From NCBI GenBank assembly GCA_040007275.1, contig JBDTVJ010000002.1, positions 749-64,748 on the forward strand: a stretch of 64,000 nt of DNA. Direction: 5' to 3'. The notes below the pieces were generated by a model. It searched no databases, was not told the DNA's origin, and worked only from the letters and a program-made list of their open reading frames with translations. The stretch's first letter is position 1. Every line of letters begins with the position of its first letter. This document shows positions 1 through 9,016 of this stretch, piece by piece. Both the position numbers and the translations under genes were made by a program. This DNA comes from Terracoccus sp. (GTDB lineage Bacteria; Actinomycetota; Actinomycetes; Actinomycetales; Dermatophilaceae).

Positions 1-546
1 GTCGGCGGGATCACCCCTATGGACATCGACATCGCAGTCCGCCGACCCGAAGACGTTTCTCGCGCCGCTACCGTGCTTTCCACTCCACAGTCCTTGGAAC
101 CGGGCCACGCTGATGAACCACCTCCGTGGATCAGCACGGTGGCCGAACCGACGCTGCACTTCGGCGATGAGCGGGAGCGATGGAGCTTCGGCGTCTGGTT
201 TATCCAGGGCGTCAAAGTTGAGCTGGCGCACATTGACGCGCCGCCTGTCGCGGAATTAATGATCGAGACGCGGTCCTCGGCCGTGTGGAGCGAACGAGAC
301 ACCTTGACTTGCCAAGGCGAGCCTGTCCCCACCGTGCCGCTCGAGACGCAACTCGCAACGATGGCCGCCCGGAGGCAGACGGCCCGCCTCGACGCCGTCC
401 TCGCGGCCATCGAGAACGGCAACAGCAACCTCAATTTGCCGCTGCTGCGCCGCGCGTTCGCGGATAGGCAGTCAGAGTCTCCGGGCATGGTGGTCCCCGA
501 ACCAGTAGAAGTCCTTCTCCAGCGCGGTCTCGCCGCGGGTGGCTAA
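1..546 (+). CDS. Nucleotidyltransferase-fold hypothetical protein (5'-partial)
   Basis: Frame is open from base 1 (VGGITPMDIDIAV); the P-x-D-I-D-I motif resembles the NTase catalytic D-x-D. Confidence 0.55.
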   Translation, partial: VGGITPMDIDIAVRRPEDVSRAATVLSTPQSLEPGHADEPPPWISTVAEPTLHFGDERERWSFGVWFIQGVKVELAHIDAPPVAELMIETRSSAVWSERDTLTCQGEPVPTVPLETQLATMAARRQTARLDAVLAAIENGNSNLNLPLLRRAFADRQSESPGMVVPEPVEVLLQRGLAAGG

Positions 547-547
547 C

Positions 548-766
548 GGGTGGGCGCCCGTCGGCCGAGCCCGAACCTGGTTGCGGACGGTGACGACGGG
601 CTCGTTCGTGGGGTACGAGAGCCTGCTGGAACGCGACCGGGTGCTGCTGGCGGACTTCGACCCTGCGGTGGTCGGGATCGTGTACCAACCGTTTTGGATC
701 AGCGGCCCGGGCGAGGCGTGTGGTGGCGCCGGGAAGCCGTCGGGTTGCGTCGTGGCCGACTCGTAG
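548..766 (+). pseudogene. TnsA-like heteromeric transposase endonuclease fragment
   Basis: TTGSFVGYESLLERDRVLLADFDPAVVGIVYQPFW matches the actinobacterial TnsA-like core (GyESxLErd...DFDPxV...QPFw); truncated at both ends. Confidence 0.75.
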
Positions 767-819
767 CCCCACCCCGTTCCGTGCGCTGCGAATTTCGGCG
801 GGTGCACCATCATGGGCGC

Positions 820-1273
820 ATGACGAGACCGGGAGAGGTGGGGACCACTGGCTGCGATCTGCCAGTCGCACGACGGCGTTGGCCCGCTTGTTGTACCCGT
901 CGTATGGGAGGACGGCACGGTAGTGGTCAAGCATCTCCTTGGTCCGGTGCCCGTTTTTCTTGGTCACCTCCTCGTCGAGACCAGGCGCCATACGGTCAGG
1001 ATCGAGGGCACCACCGAGGAGGAGGCCGCGGCTATCGGGAGGGCCGTTCGCCGGGCCGCCCTCGCGCTAGCTGCGGTGTTCGACGTCGAATACGTCCACG
1101 CCGTCATCATCAACACCGGCTGCGACCACTTTCACCAGCACGTGTACCCGCGCCATCGTGGCACCCCAAGTGACTACCAGTGGTTTGAGGCCGATTCATG
1201 GCCGGGGGCACCGCACGGCGACGCGGACGCCGTCGAACAGCTCTGCTCGCGCCTGCGGCCGCACTTCCTTTGA
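820..1273 (+). pseudogene. HIT family protein, probable N-terminal frameshift near 855
   Basis: HFHQHVYPR histidine triad; the ATG820 frame (..GC) and the downstream frame (ICQSH..) join into C-x-x-C if 2 bp are restored. Confidence 0.65.
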
Positions 1274-1649
1274 CTGTCACGCTCTCTTTCCGACTTCCTG
1301 CGGGGCAGGCCCGGACGTGGTGGTGGAATGCGACCGCGTTTGGTCGTCAGACGAAGTGCACCCTCCCGGCGCCCGGTGGTCGTGGTCATCAGATCCAGTC
1401 GCATCCTCGTCACGGGGTCGCCGGCTCGGGTTCACGGTTATGCCGAATGGAGTTGTAATGGCTACTTCGCGACTCAACTGAGGGCTTCCTGCGTGGTTGG
1501 CCCGCGCTGCCAGCCGTCAGCGAGTCGCAGGTACCGGTGCGTGTACCGGACCTCAGCCTGGTGGACGTCTACGCTCGTGCGAATCTGACACTCTTACCGT
1601 CACCGGGCTCGATGACCGGCAGCCTTGGCGCTGCGCCGTGGCCGAATAC

Positions 1650-2039
1650 TCAGTGCCAGTGCTCTTCGGCACCCTTGACTCCTCCTTCTGCCTCTGCAGC
1701 TTCGTCGAGGTCATCAGCAAACGCGGTGAGCGCGACCCGGTCGTCCGCTGCGGAGGCACGGTCACCCTTCGCATCGCGGCGATCCATAGCTGCGTGGCGT
1801 CGGGCCGGCAGATCCGCGCCATAGCCGTCATTACCGTCCTGAGAGATGAACGCCTTCAAGTCGGCTGACTGGTCACGCTCCGTGGAGATCTGGTCGCGGG
1901 CGTCGGCATCGATGTCGCGCTCCCTGGCGGCCTCGAGGATCTTCTCCACTGCCTCGACCTGGGCTGCAAGATCAGCTTCGCGTTTCGCGAGGTTCACGTC
2001 GCGCTCGTCGGCGCGCTCGTCGTTCTCAACTTGGACCAC
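1650..2039 (-). CDS. Hypothetical acidic coiled-coil protein
   Basis: GTG start preceded by a CATAGT -10-like hexamer (leaderless); D/E/R/A-rich with high GC3. Confidence 0.5.
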   Translation of the reverse strand: MVQVENDERADERDVNLAKREADLAAQVEAVEKILEAARERDIDADARDQISTERDQSADLKAFISQDGNDGYGADLPARRHAAMDRRDAKGDRASAADDRVALTAFADDLDEAAEAEGGVKGAEEHWH

Positions 2040-2174
2040 AGGACCACTATGACACCCCGCCCGGTCCGATTCGTGGTGCCCAGCGAGGATCAGCCGGTCG
2101 CAGATTCTGGTCAGCCGCCTTGAGGGAAGGGGGCTGGCGCACCCTGTTGTCGAGGCTCGGCGGAACTGCCCTAG

Positions 2175-2498
2175 CAGCGCGGGGACGTTGGCGTACATCC
2201 TGAGCGGACCCTGTCCGTCACCGCGGCCACCGGTCGCGGCGTCGCGGGCTTAATCAAGGACGCCGAACGTGGTGAGGACGTCATCGTTGAACGCCACGGT
2301 CGCGCGGTCGCTGCGGTCATCTCGGTGAAGCATTTCGACGAGCTCCACCGCGTCCGGACCGACCCGCTCGCTGCTTCCCTCGTCTTGGCACGAGAGCTCT
2401 CCGACACTGGGAACCGCACCGACCTGGACGACGCCATCGCGGCGTTCGGGTTCGACCGGTCCGAGCTCGAGGCCGAGCTCGACGCCGGCCGCGAGTGA
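2175..2498 (+). pseudogene. Phd/YefM-family antitoxin lacking a canonical start codon
   Basis: Not in the ORF track. It translates as HPERTLSVTAATGRGVAGLIKDAERGEDVIVERHGRAVAAVISVKHFDEL..., the Phd/YefM pattern. In-frame TAG at 2172; lies just upstream of a RelE-like gene. Confidence 0.75.
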
Positions 2499-2536
2499 CC
2501 CCACTGCCACGACTTGCCTCCGGTCGGCGGTGACGC

Positions 2537-3118
2537 ATGGCTGAGAAGCAGAAGCACCCGGATGTTCCAGGGTGCGTCGTGCGCCTGACCGACGATGCTC
2601 TCGAGGAGCTGCAGACCCTTTTCAAAGGCGATCCGCAGATCGTGCGCTGGGCGTTGAAGAAGATGATTCAGCTCGAGCGTGACCCAAACTCAGGGGACCC
2701 TCTGCTAGGCGGGCTCATCGGCTACCGCAAGATCACCGTCGGCGATCGTGACTGGCGCGTCGTGTGGCGGGTCGTGCAGGACGAGGCAGGCGACTTCCGG
2801 GTGGAGGTCGCGGAGGTCTGGGCGGTCGGGTACCGCAAAGACAGCGAGGTATACGCAGAGATCAAGGAGCGAGTTGCTGACGCCGGCTCCTCCTCCAAGA
2901 CCAAGGCGCTCACGCAGGTCCTCGACCTCGTTGCCAAGCAGACACAAGACCTGACCGCGACCCCCGAACCGGAAGAGCCTGAGCCGGTCCCGAAGTGGTT
3001 GACGGACGCCCTTCTTTACGTGGTGCGCCTCCCCGCCTCGCAAGTCGAGAACATGAACCTCGAAGAAGCCGAGAACGCATGGACGGAACACATCTCCGGA
3101 GCGGGGTCGGGAACCTAG
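2537..3118 (+). CDS. RelE/ParE-family toxin with C-terminal extension
   Basis: VRLTDDALEEL...GDPLLGGLIGYRKITVGDRDWRVVWR...VWAVGYRKDSEVY is a RelE pattern; located downstream of the antitoxin. Confidence 0.8.
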   Translation: MAEKQKHPDVPGCVVRLTDDALEELQTLFKGDPQIVRWALKKMIQLERDPNSGDPLLGGLIGYRKITVGDRDWRVVWRVVQDEAGDFRVEVAEVWAVGYRKDSEVYAEIKERVADAGSSSKTKALTQVLDLVAKQTQDLTATPEPEEPEPVPKWLTDALLYVVRLPASQVENMNLEEAENAWTEHISGAGSGT

Positions 3119-3180
3119 CCGACTCTCAGACGACGTTGTGCCCGCTGCCGACCGCGGTCAGCGGCAGAAGAAGCCCTGTG

Positions 3181-4449
3181 TCAAGCGGCGGGTTCCTGGA
3201 GGGCTTGGTAGGCGCCGTGTCGTGCGGGGTCGTAGGCCTCGTGGTTCTGCCAGCAGCGCCAGATGACCATGAGCCAAGCCCTGGCAAGGATGCGGGTGGC
3301 GTGGGAGTGGTCTTTGCCGCGCTGGCGGGCTTTCCAGTAGAGATCGGCGGCCCAGGGGTTGGCGTGGTGGGAGTCGCCAGCGAAGTCCATGACGGCGCCG
3401 CGTAGTTGTTTGTCGACGGCCCAGCGGAAGCCGACGACCTTGACCTTCCCGGACTGCCTGGTCGATGGTGTAGCACCGGCGAGGCTGGTGAGGGCCTGCA
3501 CGGTGGGGAACCGGCTCCGGCAGTCGCCGATCTCGGCGAGCAGTCTCGCTGCTCGCACGGTCCCGGCCTTGGGAAGGCTAGTGAAGATGTGCGCGTCGGG
3601 ATGCACCATCAGCTGGGCTTCGATGTCGTCCTCGAGGGCGGTGATCTGTATCCGCAGGGACTGCAGTCCGCCGACGTAGGCCGCCGTGATGTGCGCCCGG
3701 GCCTCGGCCTCCGCTGCGGTGGTGCCACGGGCAGCCGAGGTCAGGTGTGCGTGCAGCTGCTCGGCGCGGCGGGGGTTGGGGTAGCGCTGGCCTTTCAGCC
3801 AGGACTGCAGGCGTGCCGGGCTGAGCCAGTCGACTTTGGTCTGGGTCGGGAAACGGTTCAGGAACGCCAGCGCGATCGGTGAGTCGATGTCGCGGAACAG
3901 CCCGATGGCGCAGGGTAGGACGGTCGCGAGGTGCGCTCGAAGCTGGTTGGCCATCGCCACCCGTGCTGCCACCAGGTCTTGGCGAGCACGCACGCTCATC
4001 CGCATCGTGACCGTCGCCGGCGTGTCGGGTACCAGCGGGGTCAGCCGGTGCCGGTCGGTTCGCACAGTGTCGGCGAGTACGTACGCGTCGAAGTGGTCGT
4101 CCTTGTTCCCGGCCGACCCGTAGCGGCGACGCAGGTTGCGCACCTGGTTCGGCGGGATGACGAACACGACGAAGTCGCCTGCAAGGACGGCGTCGACCAT
4201 CGGCCCGTCGCCACGCTCGATCCCGACCTCTGGAACGCCAGCACCCCGCAACAGCCTGACTAGTTGCGTCAGACCGGCCGCAGTGTGAGGCACCGTCGCG
4301 CGCTGCAGTTGCACCCCGTGCTCGTCAACCACCGCAACAGCGTGCTCGCTGCTAGCCCAGTCGATACCGGCGGTCAACACGCCGCCCGGTATGGACTCGC
4401 CGGATGGGGGCGATGACGCTGGTGACGAGCAGATCGTGCTGATACTCAT
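3181..4449 (-). CDS. IS110-family DEDD transposase/recombinase
   Basis: GIDW...GIE...KDDHFDA RuvC-like DEDD domain; C-terminal LAEIGD..RF...G..P...QSGK Tnp domain; RBS GGAAGG. Confidence 0.95.
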   Translation of the reverse strand: MSISTICSSPASSPPSGESIPGGVLTAGIDWASSEHAVAVVDEHGVQLQRATVPHTAAGLTQLVRLLRGAGVPEVGIERGDGPMVDAVLAGDFVVFVIPPNQVRNLRRRYGSAGNKDDHFDAYVLADTVRTDRHRLTPLVPDTPATVTMRMSVRARQDLVAARVAMANQLRAHLATVLPCAIGLFRDIDSPIALAFLNRFPTQTKVDWLSPARLQSWLKGQRYPNPRRAEQLHAHLTSAARGTTAAEAEARAHITAAYVGGLQSLRIQITALEDDIEAQLMVHPDAHIFTSLPKAGTVRAARLLAEIGDCRSRFPTVQALTSLAGATPSTRQSGKVKVVGFRWAVDKQLRGAVMDFAGDSHHANPWAADLYWKARQRGKDHSHATRILARAWLMVIWRCWQNHEAYDPARHGAYQALQEPAA

Positions 4450-4469
4450 GGTGTTCCTTCCACGCTGAT

Positions 4470-4715
4470 GCAGTAGTAGGCACCAGGTGGTCTCGGGACG
4501 CGAAGCCGGTCGCTCACTGATAGGCGCTCATTTCGGCGCACAGCCCTGTCGCCAGTCACCCGCGTCCTGGGACCACCGGACCCAGCGAATCTTTTGCTGG
4601 ACCTTCCACCCCAAAGGGGCAGCAGTCAGCGGACGTTGGGCTGTGATCCGGTGGGACCAGGTGCACCAGCGGACTCCCCGCTGACGGTGATCACGCTGCC
4701 GCAGGAACGACGCCG
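4470..4715 (-). ncRNA. Predicted IS110 bridge RNA (target- and donor-binding loops)
   Basis: ~290-bp non-coding end upstream of the transposase has nested stems whose internal loops match the element's donor ends and flanking target; boundaries approximate. Confidence 0.75.
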
Positions 4716-5003
4716 GTAGGAAGAGTCTGCGCAGTGAGCGGGCGTTTTGAGAGTCCGTCGGGCCTGAGCGGCAGGTAGCCGACTCGCGGCGCTGAGACGC
4801 AGGTTGGCGATGTCCCGGAGGCCCGCCGCCGACGACATAGGTCTGCCTCAATATGGCGGAGGCATCGTCCGGCCGCAGGCAGGTTCAGAGAGACTTCCGC
4901 TCCGTCGATGTGCACATCGTGCGAGGGGCCCATGGGGACCAGTCGGGCCCTTGGCCGTGAGGTGGCGCAGACGAGCCCTCCTTCGAGGACCGGGAGTGTC
5001 AGG

Positions 5004-5741
5004 TCAGACGAGTCCCGCGTCGTGGACGCACATCGCGATCTGGACGCGGTTCTCGACCCGCAGCTTGGCGAACAGTCGCGTCACATGGGACTTCACGGTG
5101 GCAACGCTCATGTAGAGCTGGGCGCCGATCTCGGCATTGGAGAGCCCGTGCCCGATGGCGACTGCCACATCGTGCTCCCGCTCGGTGAGGGAGGCGAGGA
5201 GGGTGAGGGCGTCGTCGCGCCGCTCAGTGGGCTGGCCGTCGGTGGCCGAGGCGATGAGCTGGGCGGTGACGCTCGGCGAGAGGATCGGCTCCCCGGCAAG
5301 GACACGGTGCACGGCCTCGACGATCTTCGGTGGCGGGGTGTCCTTGAGCAGGAAGCCACTCGCGCCCGCACGCAGCGCGGCGAGGACCAGGTCGTCGGTG
5401 TCGAAGGTGGTGAGCACGATGACCTTGGGCGGGTGCGCCATCGCGAGAAGGCCCTCCGTCGCCGAGATGCCGTCGCGCCGGGGCATCCGGATGTCCATCA
5501 GCACGACGTCGGGTCGCTCGCGCGCGACGACCTCCTGCGCGTGCTCCCCGTCGTTGGCCTCGGCGACGACGGTGATCGTCGGGCTGCCGCCGAGGATCAT
5601 CGACAGGCCGGCCCGCACCAGCGGGTCGTCGTCGACGATGACGACCCGGGCCGCAGCCGACCCGGGACCGGTGGGCTCCACAGGCGGCCCGACCGGCGCC
5701 CTCGGCGTCTCGGGCCCTACCCAGGTCGAGGTGTCGCTCAT
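5004..5741 (-). CDS. NarL/LuxR-family response regulator
   Basis: VIVDDDPLVR...DVVLMDIRMP REC domain plus LTEREHDV...SNAEI HTH. Confidence 0.93.
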   Translation of the reverse strand: MSDTSTWVGPETPRAPVGPPVEPTGPGSAAARVVIVDDDPLVRAGLSMILGGSPTITVVAEANDGEHAQEVVARERPDVVLMDIRMPRRDGISATEGLLAMAHPPKVIVLTTFDTDDLVLAALRAGASGFLLKDTPPPKIVEAVHRVLAGEPILSPSVTAQLIASATDGQPTERRDDALTLLASLTEREHDVAVAIGHGLSNAEIGAQLYMSVATVKSHVTRLFAKLRVENRVQIAMCVHDAGLV

Positions 5742-6958
5742 GCTGGCCACGGTAGTCGGGCACGCACCCGGAACTCGCGGCCCGGTGTCACCCCGTGCTC
5801 CAGATCGCCGTCGGCGAGGACGGCGCGCTCGGCCAGACCGATCAGACCCATGCCAGCCCCCGGCAGCGGTTCGACGGCCCGCCCCACGGGGACGCCGACC
5901 GGCACCCGTACGGGCATTGGGTTGCGGACCTCGAGTACGAGCAGCCCGCTGGGCGCACCGGTGAGAACGACGGTGACCGGCATCCCGGGCGCGTGCTTGC
6001 GCGCGTTGGTGAGCGCCTCCTGCGTCATCCGGTAGACCGTCCGGCCGGTCGCGTCCGGCACGACCGCACCGGCCGGGATCCCCTCGACCAAATCGACGCG
6101 CATACCGCCCTCGACCGCCTCGGCCACCAACGACGGGAGGTCGCGCAGGGTCGGCTGCGGCTGACGGCATTCGTCGTCCCCCATGGTGGGGTCGCGCAGC
6201 ACCCCGAGCACCTCTCGCAGGTCCGACAGCGCTCGGCGGGCACCATCCTGGATGACCTGCGCGGCCAGCCGGGTCTCCTCCCGGGTGAGGTCGTCTCGGA
6301 AGGTGAGGGCGCCGGCGTGCATGGCCACCAACGAGATCCGGTGAGCCAGGACGTCGTGCATCTCTCGGGCGATCCGGGTGCGCTCCTGGGCGACCCGCAT
6401 GGCCTGCTCGCGCTCGGCCGTCTCGGCCCGGGCCTGCAGGTTGGCCAGCAGCTCGCGGCGGGCGCCGATGTAGAAGCCGATCATCACGAGCACGCCAAAG
6501 CCGAGCACGCCCAGGGCGTAGGTCACCCACCACGGCACCCCGCGACCGGCCAGTGGGTTCACCAGGCCGTAGACGAACTGGGTCAGCAGAGATGCCACCC
6601 CGATCGGCAGCACCTCGCGCCAGCGCCGCCGGGTCGCCAGGGACACCACCGCAACCGCCCACGCGGCGGCAGCGAAGGCCGACACGCAGGTCATCGCGGT
6701 GAGTGCAGCGGCGACCCCCAACGGCCAGCGTCGCCGGAAAGCCAGGACGACAAATGCGAGGAGCCCCACGGCAAGGTCTACCGAGAGGATCGCCACGGCG
6801 CGCCCCGCGCCGACCGTCGTGGGCGGCGAGAGCAGCGCGTGGGAGGTGACCCAGAGCAGGGTCGCCCCCAGCAAGGCGACGAGCGAGTACTGCCACACGG
6901 TGCTCCACGCCGGCAGACGTGGCGGGGGCGCAGGGTCGATCGACCTGGGAGGGGGCAC
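5738..6958 (-). CDS. Membrane sensor histidine kinase (HisKA_3)
   Basis: TM helices, ERTRIAREMHDVLAH, QEALTNARKHA, GMGLIGLAER; 4-bp overlap with the regulator; start approximate. Confidence 0.92.
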   Translation of the reverse strand: MPPPRSIDPAPPPRLPAWSTVWQYSLVALLGATLLWVTSHALLSPPTTVGAGRAVAILSVDLAVGLLAFVVLAFRRRWPLGVAAALTAMTCVSAFAAAAWAVAVVSLATRRRWREVLPIGVASLLTQFVYGLVNPLAGRGVPWWVTYALGVLGFGVLVMIGFYIGARRELLANLQARAETAEREQAMRVAQERTRIAREMHDVLAHRISLVAMHAGALTFRDDLTREETRLAAQVIQDGARRALSDLREVLGVLRDPTMGDDECRQPQPTLRDLPSLVAEAVEGGMRVDLVEGIPAGAVVPDATGRTVYRMTQEALTNARKHAPGMPVTVVLTGAPSGLLVLEVRNPMPVRVPVGVPVGRAVEPLPGAGMGLIGLAERAVLADGDLEHGVTPGREFRVRARLPWPA

Positions 6959-7016
6959 CTCTCCACCATAGGCAGGCCTGGTGCCGGTGCGGCACCGACG
7001 AAGATCTACCGCCTCC

Positions 7017-7030
7017 TCGACCTGGGTCGA
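7017..7030. promoter_or_regulatory. Palindrome TCGACC-TG-GGTCGA, candidate response-regulator operator
   Basis: Perfect inverted repeat in the divergent kinase/ABC intergenic region. Confidence 0.45.
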
Positions 7031-7087
7031 TGGGGCATAGCCCCAGGGCCGATGTGCCACGCCCCGCTGACGCACAGGCTGGAACAC

Positions 7088-7987
7088 ATGATCACCGTAG
7101 AGAACCTCACCAAACGTTATGGCTCCTTCACCGCGGTGGACGACATCTCGTTCACCCTCCCGCCCGGCACCGTCACCGGCTTCCTCGGCCCCAACGGCGC
7201 CGGCAAGTCCACGGCCATGCGGGTCATGACCGGACTGACCCCGCCCACGAGCGGGCGCGCCACCATCCTCGGCAAGCCCTATGCGCAGCTGCCGAACCCC
7301 GGCCGCCAGGTCGGAGTCCTGCTCGACGCATCAGCACAGCACGCCGGTCGCACCGGACGCGAGGTCCTCTCGCTCGCGGCGATGGTCATGGGAACGGGCC
7401 GGGATCGCGTCGACGAGATGCTCGAGCTCGTGGGCCTCACCCCCGACGAGGCCCGACGTCGACTGCGCCACTACTCGCTCGGGATGAGGCAGCGCCTGGG
7501 CATCGCCCACGCCCTGCTCGGCAACCCCGAGGTCCTCATCCTCGACGAGCCGGCCAACGGCCTGGACCCTGCGGGCATCCACTGGATGCGGGGGCTCCTC
7601 AAGGGCTTCGCCGAAGGAGGCGGGACCGTCCTGCTCTCCTCGCACCTCCTGCACGAGGTCGAGGTCGTCGCCGACGAACTCATCCTCATCGGCCGCGGTC
7701 GCATCGTGGCGCACGGCACCAAGAGCGAGCTGCTCGCCGGCTCCGGGGTCGTCGTCGACGCCCTCGACCGTGACGGCCTGGCCCAAGCCCTGCGCGCTGC
7801 CGGCTACGAGCCGGTCCCGACGTCGACAGGCGCAATTCACGTCAACGCCGAGCTGGAGGTGGTGGGCCGAACGGCCCACGCCGCCGGCCTGGTCATCACC
7901 GAACTACACGGAGCCGACGGCTCCGGGCTCGAGGAGCTCTTCCTCCAGCTCACCGCATCCGACTCCCGCGAAGGAGCAGCAGCATGA
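7088..7987 (+). CDS. ABC transporter ATP-binding protein
   Basis: GPNGAGKST, YSLGMRQR, LILDEP motifs. Confidence 0.95.
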   Translation: MITVENLTKRYGSFTAVDDISFTLPPGTVTGFLGPNGAGKSTAMRVMTGLTPPTSGRATILGKPYAQLPNPGRQVGVLLDASAQHAGRTGREVLSLAAMVMGTGRDRVDEMLELVGLTPDEARRRLRHYSLGMRQRLGIAHALLGNPEVLILDEPANGLDPAGIHWMRGLLKGFAEGGGTVLLSSHLLHEVEVVADELILIGRGRIVAHGTKSELLAGSGVVVDALDRDGLAQALRAAGYEPVPTSTGAIHVNAELEVVGRTAHAAGLVITELHGADGSGLEELFLQLTASDSREGAAA

Positions 7988-8787
7988 ACACCATCGCCCC
8001 CACACACCAGACGTCCGTGACCACAGCGGACGCGCCGGTCATCATCCCCGACGGGATCCCCTTCCTGCGCCTCGTGCGCGTCGAGCTGCGCAAGATGGTC
8101 GACACCCGCGCTGGGCGCTGGCTCCTCATCGGTATCGCGGCTATCACGCTCGCCGTAGTGGCGACCGTCTTGATCGTCAGTGAGCCGCAGGACCTGACGA
8201 TGTCCACCTTCCTCGCCGCCACCACCGGTCCGCAGGCGCTCCTCCTACCGCTGCTCGGCGTCATGGCGGTGACCTCCGAGTGGGGCCAGCGCACCGCCCT
8301 GGTCACCTTCAGCCTCGAGCCGCGGCGCCTGCGGGTGCTGCTCGCCAAGCTCGTGGGCTCACTGGTGCTCGGCGTCATCGCGATCGCCGTCGCCTTCGCC
8401 TTCGCCGCGCTGGCGACCGGGCTCGGCGGGCTGCTCCGAGGCGGTCCCGGGGACTGGCAGCTCTCCTGGCCCACCGTCGGCGGGGTCATCCTGGCCCAGC
8501 TGCTCGTGGTCGCCCAGGGTGTCGGCTTCGGACTCCTCTTCGCCAACACGGCCACGGCGATCGTGGCCTACCTGGTCCTGCCCATGGCGTGGGGCCTCGC
8601 AGGCACGATGGTCTCCTCGCTCGCGACCGTTGCGGCCTGGCTCAACCTCAGCCAGGTGACCGTCCCCCTCGTCGAAGACCAGATGACGGGCCAGCACTGG
8701 GCCCAGCTCCTCACTGCCATAGCGCTCTGGGTGTTCCTGCCGCTCGCCGCCGGCACGTGGCGGCTCGTGCGCCGCGAGGTCAAGTGA
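7984..8787 (+). CDS. ABC-2 type permease
   Basis: Six TM segments, ELRKMVDTR and SEWGQRT motifs; translationally coupled to the ATPase. Confidence 0.9.
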   Translation: MNTIAPTHQTSVTTADAPVIIPDGIPFLRLVRVELRKMVDTRAGRWLLIGIAAITLAVVATVLIVSEPQDLTMSTFLAATTGPQALLLPLLGVMAVTSEWGQRTALVTFSLEPRRLRVLLAKLVGSLVLGVIAIAVAFAFAALATGLGGLLRGGPGDWQLSWPTVGGVILAQLLVVAQGVGFGLLFANTATAIVAYLVLPMAWGLAGTMVSSLATVAAWLNLSQVTVPLVEDQMTGQHWAQLLTAIALWVFLPLAAGTWRLVRREVK

Positions 8788-9016
8788 CCTGACGCCATCC
8801 ACCAGCCCGACCAGCTTGACAAGCACAACCAGCCCCGCCAGCACTTCTGCCGGGTGGCACCCGCGGGGGCCACCCGGCGTGCCGGTGATCGGGGCAGCGA
8901 GGCGCCGCCCAAACCTAAACGGCGTCGCACCCACCACCGATGCCTGCGGCCGTCCGGCCAAGGCAGCCCAAGCGTGAAACACATCGTGCGGCCACCGCCG
9001 CAGAACGGAGACCGTC

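Larger units (their letters stand above)
3169..4738 (-). mobile_element. IS110-family insertion sequence (complete)
   Basis: Flanked by a CT core (AG on +) at 3169-3170 and 4737-4738; no terminal inverted repeats; joining the ends creates TTGACA-17bp-CAGACT. Confidence 0.85.

Noticed and set aside
539-4738. Complete Tn7/CAST-like transposon
   Set aside because: Only a TnsA-like fragment; no TnsB, TnsC, TniQ, cas genes or transposon ends.
5004-7987. Long ORF-track calls 5004..6995 (663 aa) and 5795..7987 (730 aa)
   Set aside because: N-terminal extensions are GC-rich shadows of the kinase; the true genes start at 5741 and 7088.
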